Origin: a virus
Taxonomy: Duplodnaviria > Caudoviricetes
Length of the DNA: 26,676 nucleotides
Direction: 5' to 3' (one strand)
IMG/VR virus record: IMGVR_UViG_3300030330_001737
Span: 1 to 26,676 of that record
This document shows positions 26,645-26,676 of the stretch, piece after piece. Position numbers and translations under genes: made by a program. Position 1 is the first letter of the stretch; the number at the start of each line of letters is the position of its first letter. The notes under the pieces are model-generated. The model was not told the DNA's origin, did no database searches, and saw only the letters and a program-made list of their open reading frames with translations.

Positions 26645-26676
26645 ACAGCTTGCTCAATCCTTTGAACTTCTGCATC
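26482..26676 (-). CDS. C-terminal part of a coiled-coil protein, truncated by the window edge
   Basis: Translated by hand: DAEVQRIEQAVKKTAEQAVANGQLSAVNQTQIKAVVDSLSQQQETLKATDEKLAQLIQIMLQKQ*. Confidence 0.75.
   Translation of the reverse strand, partial: DAEVQRIEQAVKKTAEQAVANGQLSAVNQTQIKAVVDSLSQQQETLKATDEKLAQLIQIMLQKQ

Larger units (their letters stand above)
1..26676. mobile_element. Tailed dsDNA phage genome segment (podovirus-like; early and late arms converge)
   Basis: ERF plus exonuclease, endolysin, spanins, tail and ejection-protein-like genes; very dense packing with ATGA/TAATG overlaps; no host housekeeping genes and no integrase in the window. Confidence 0.96.

Overview
This window is part of a tailed dsDNA bacteriophage genome with podovirus-like organisation. 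The two-component spanin implies a Gram-negative host, and the gene style resembles marine phages (inference). The + strand arm (1-4308) is an early recombination/regulation module: PD-(D/E)XK exonuclease, ERF annealase, SSB-like protein, DUF968-like Zn/His protein, XRE HTH regulator and a GIY-YIG nuclease flanked by structured non-coding DNA. It converges at about 4310-4440 with a long - strand late operon: small membrane proteins, a P22 gp10-like tail protein, several internal virion (ejection) proteins including a 3027-aa multidomain protein, two spanins, a GH24 endolysin and five tiny Lys-rich proteins. The main unexplained signals are: (i) 21 copies of the palindrome GTTTAAAC where fewer than one is expected; (ii) an apparent absence of CCWGG; (iii) a candidate -1 programmed frameshift (A_AAA_AAG) at the right end; (iv) a pseudoknot-rich putative RNA upstream of the GIY-YIG gene; (v) the basic mini-protein cluster, one member of which shares a short GG motif with the ejection proteins. 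Family assignments are from motif recognition and memory only; no searches were run, and all counts are by eye.
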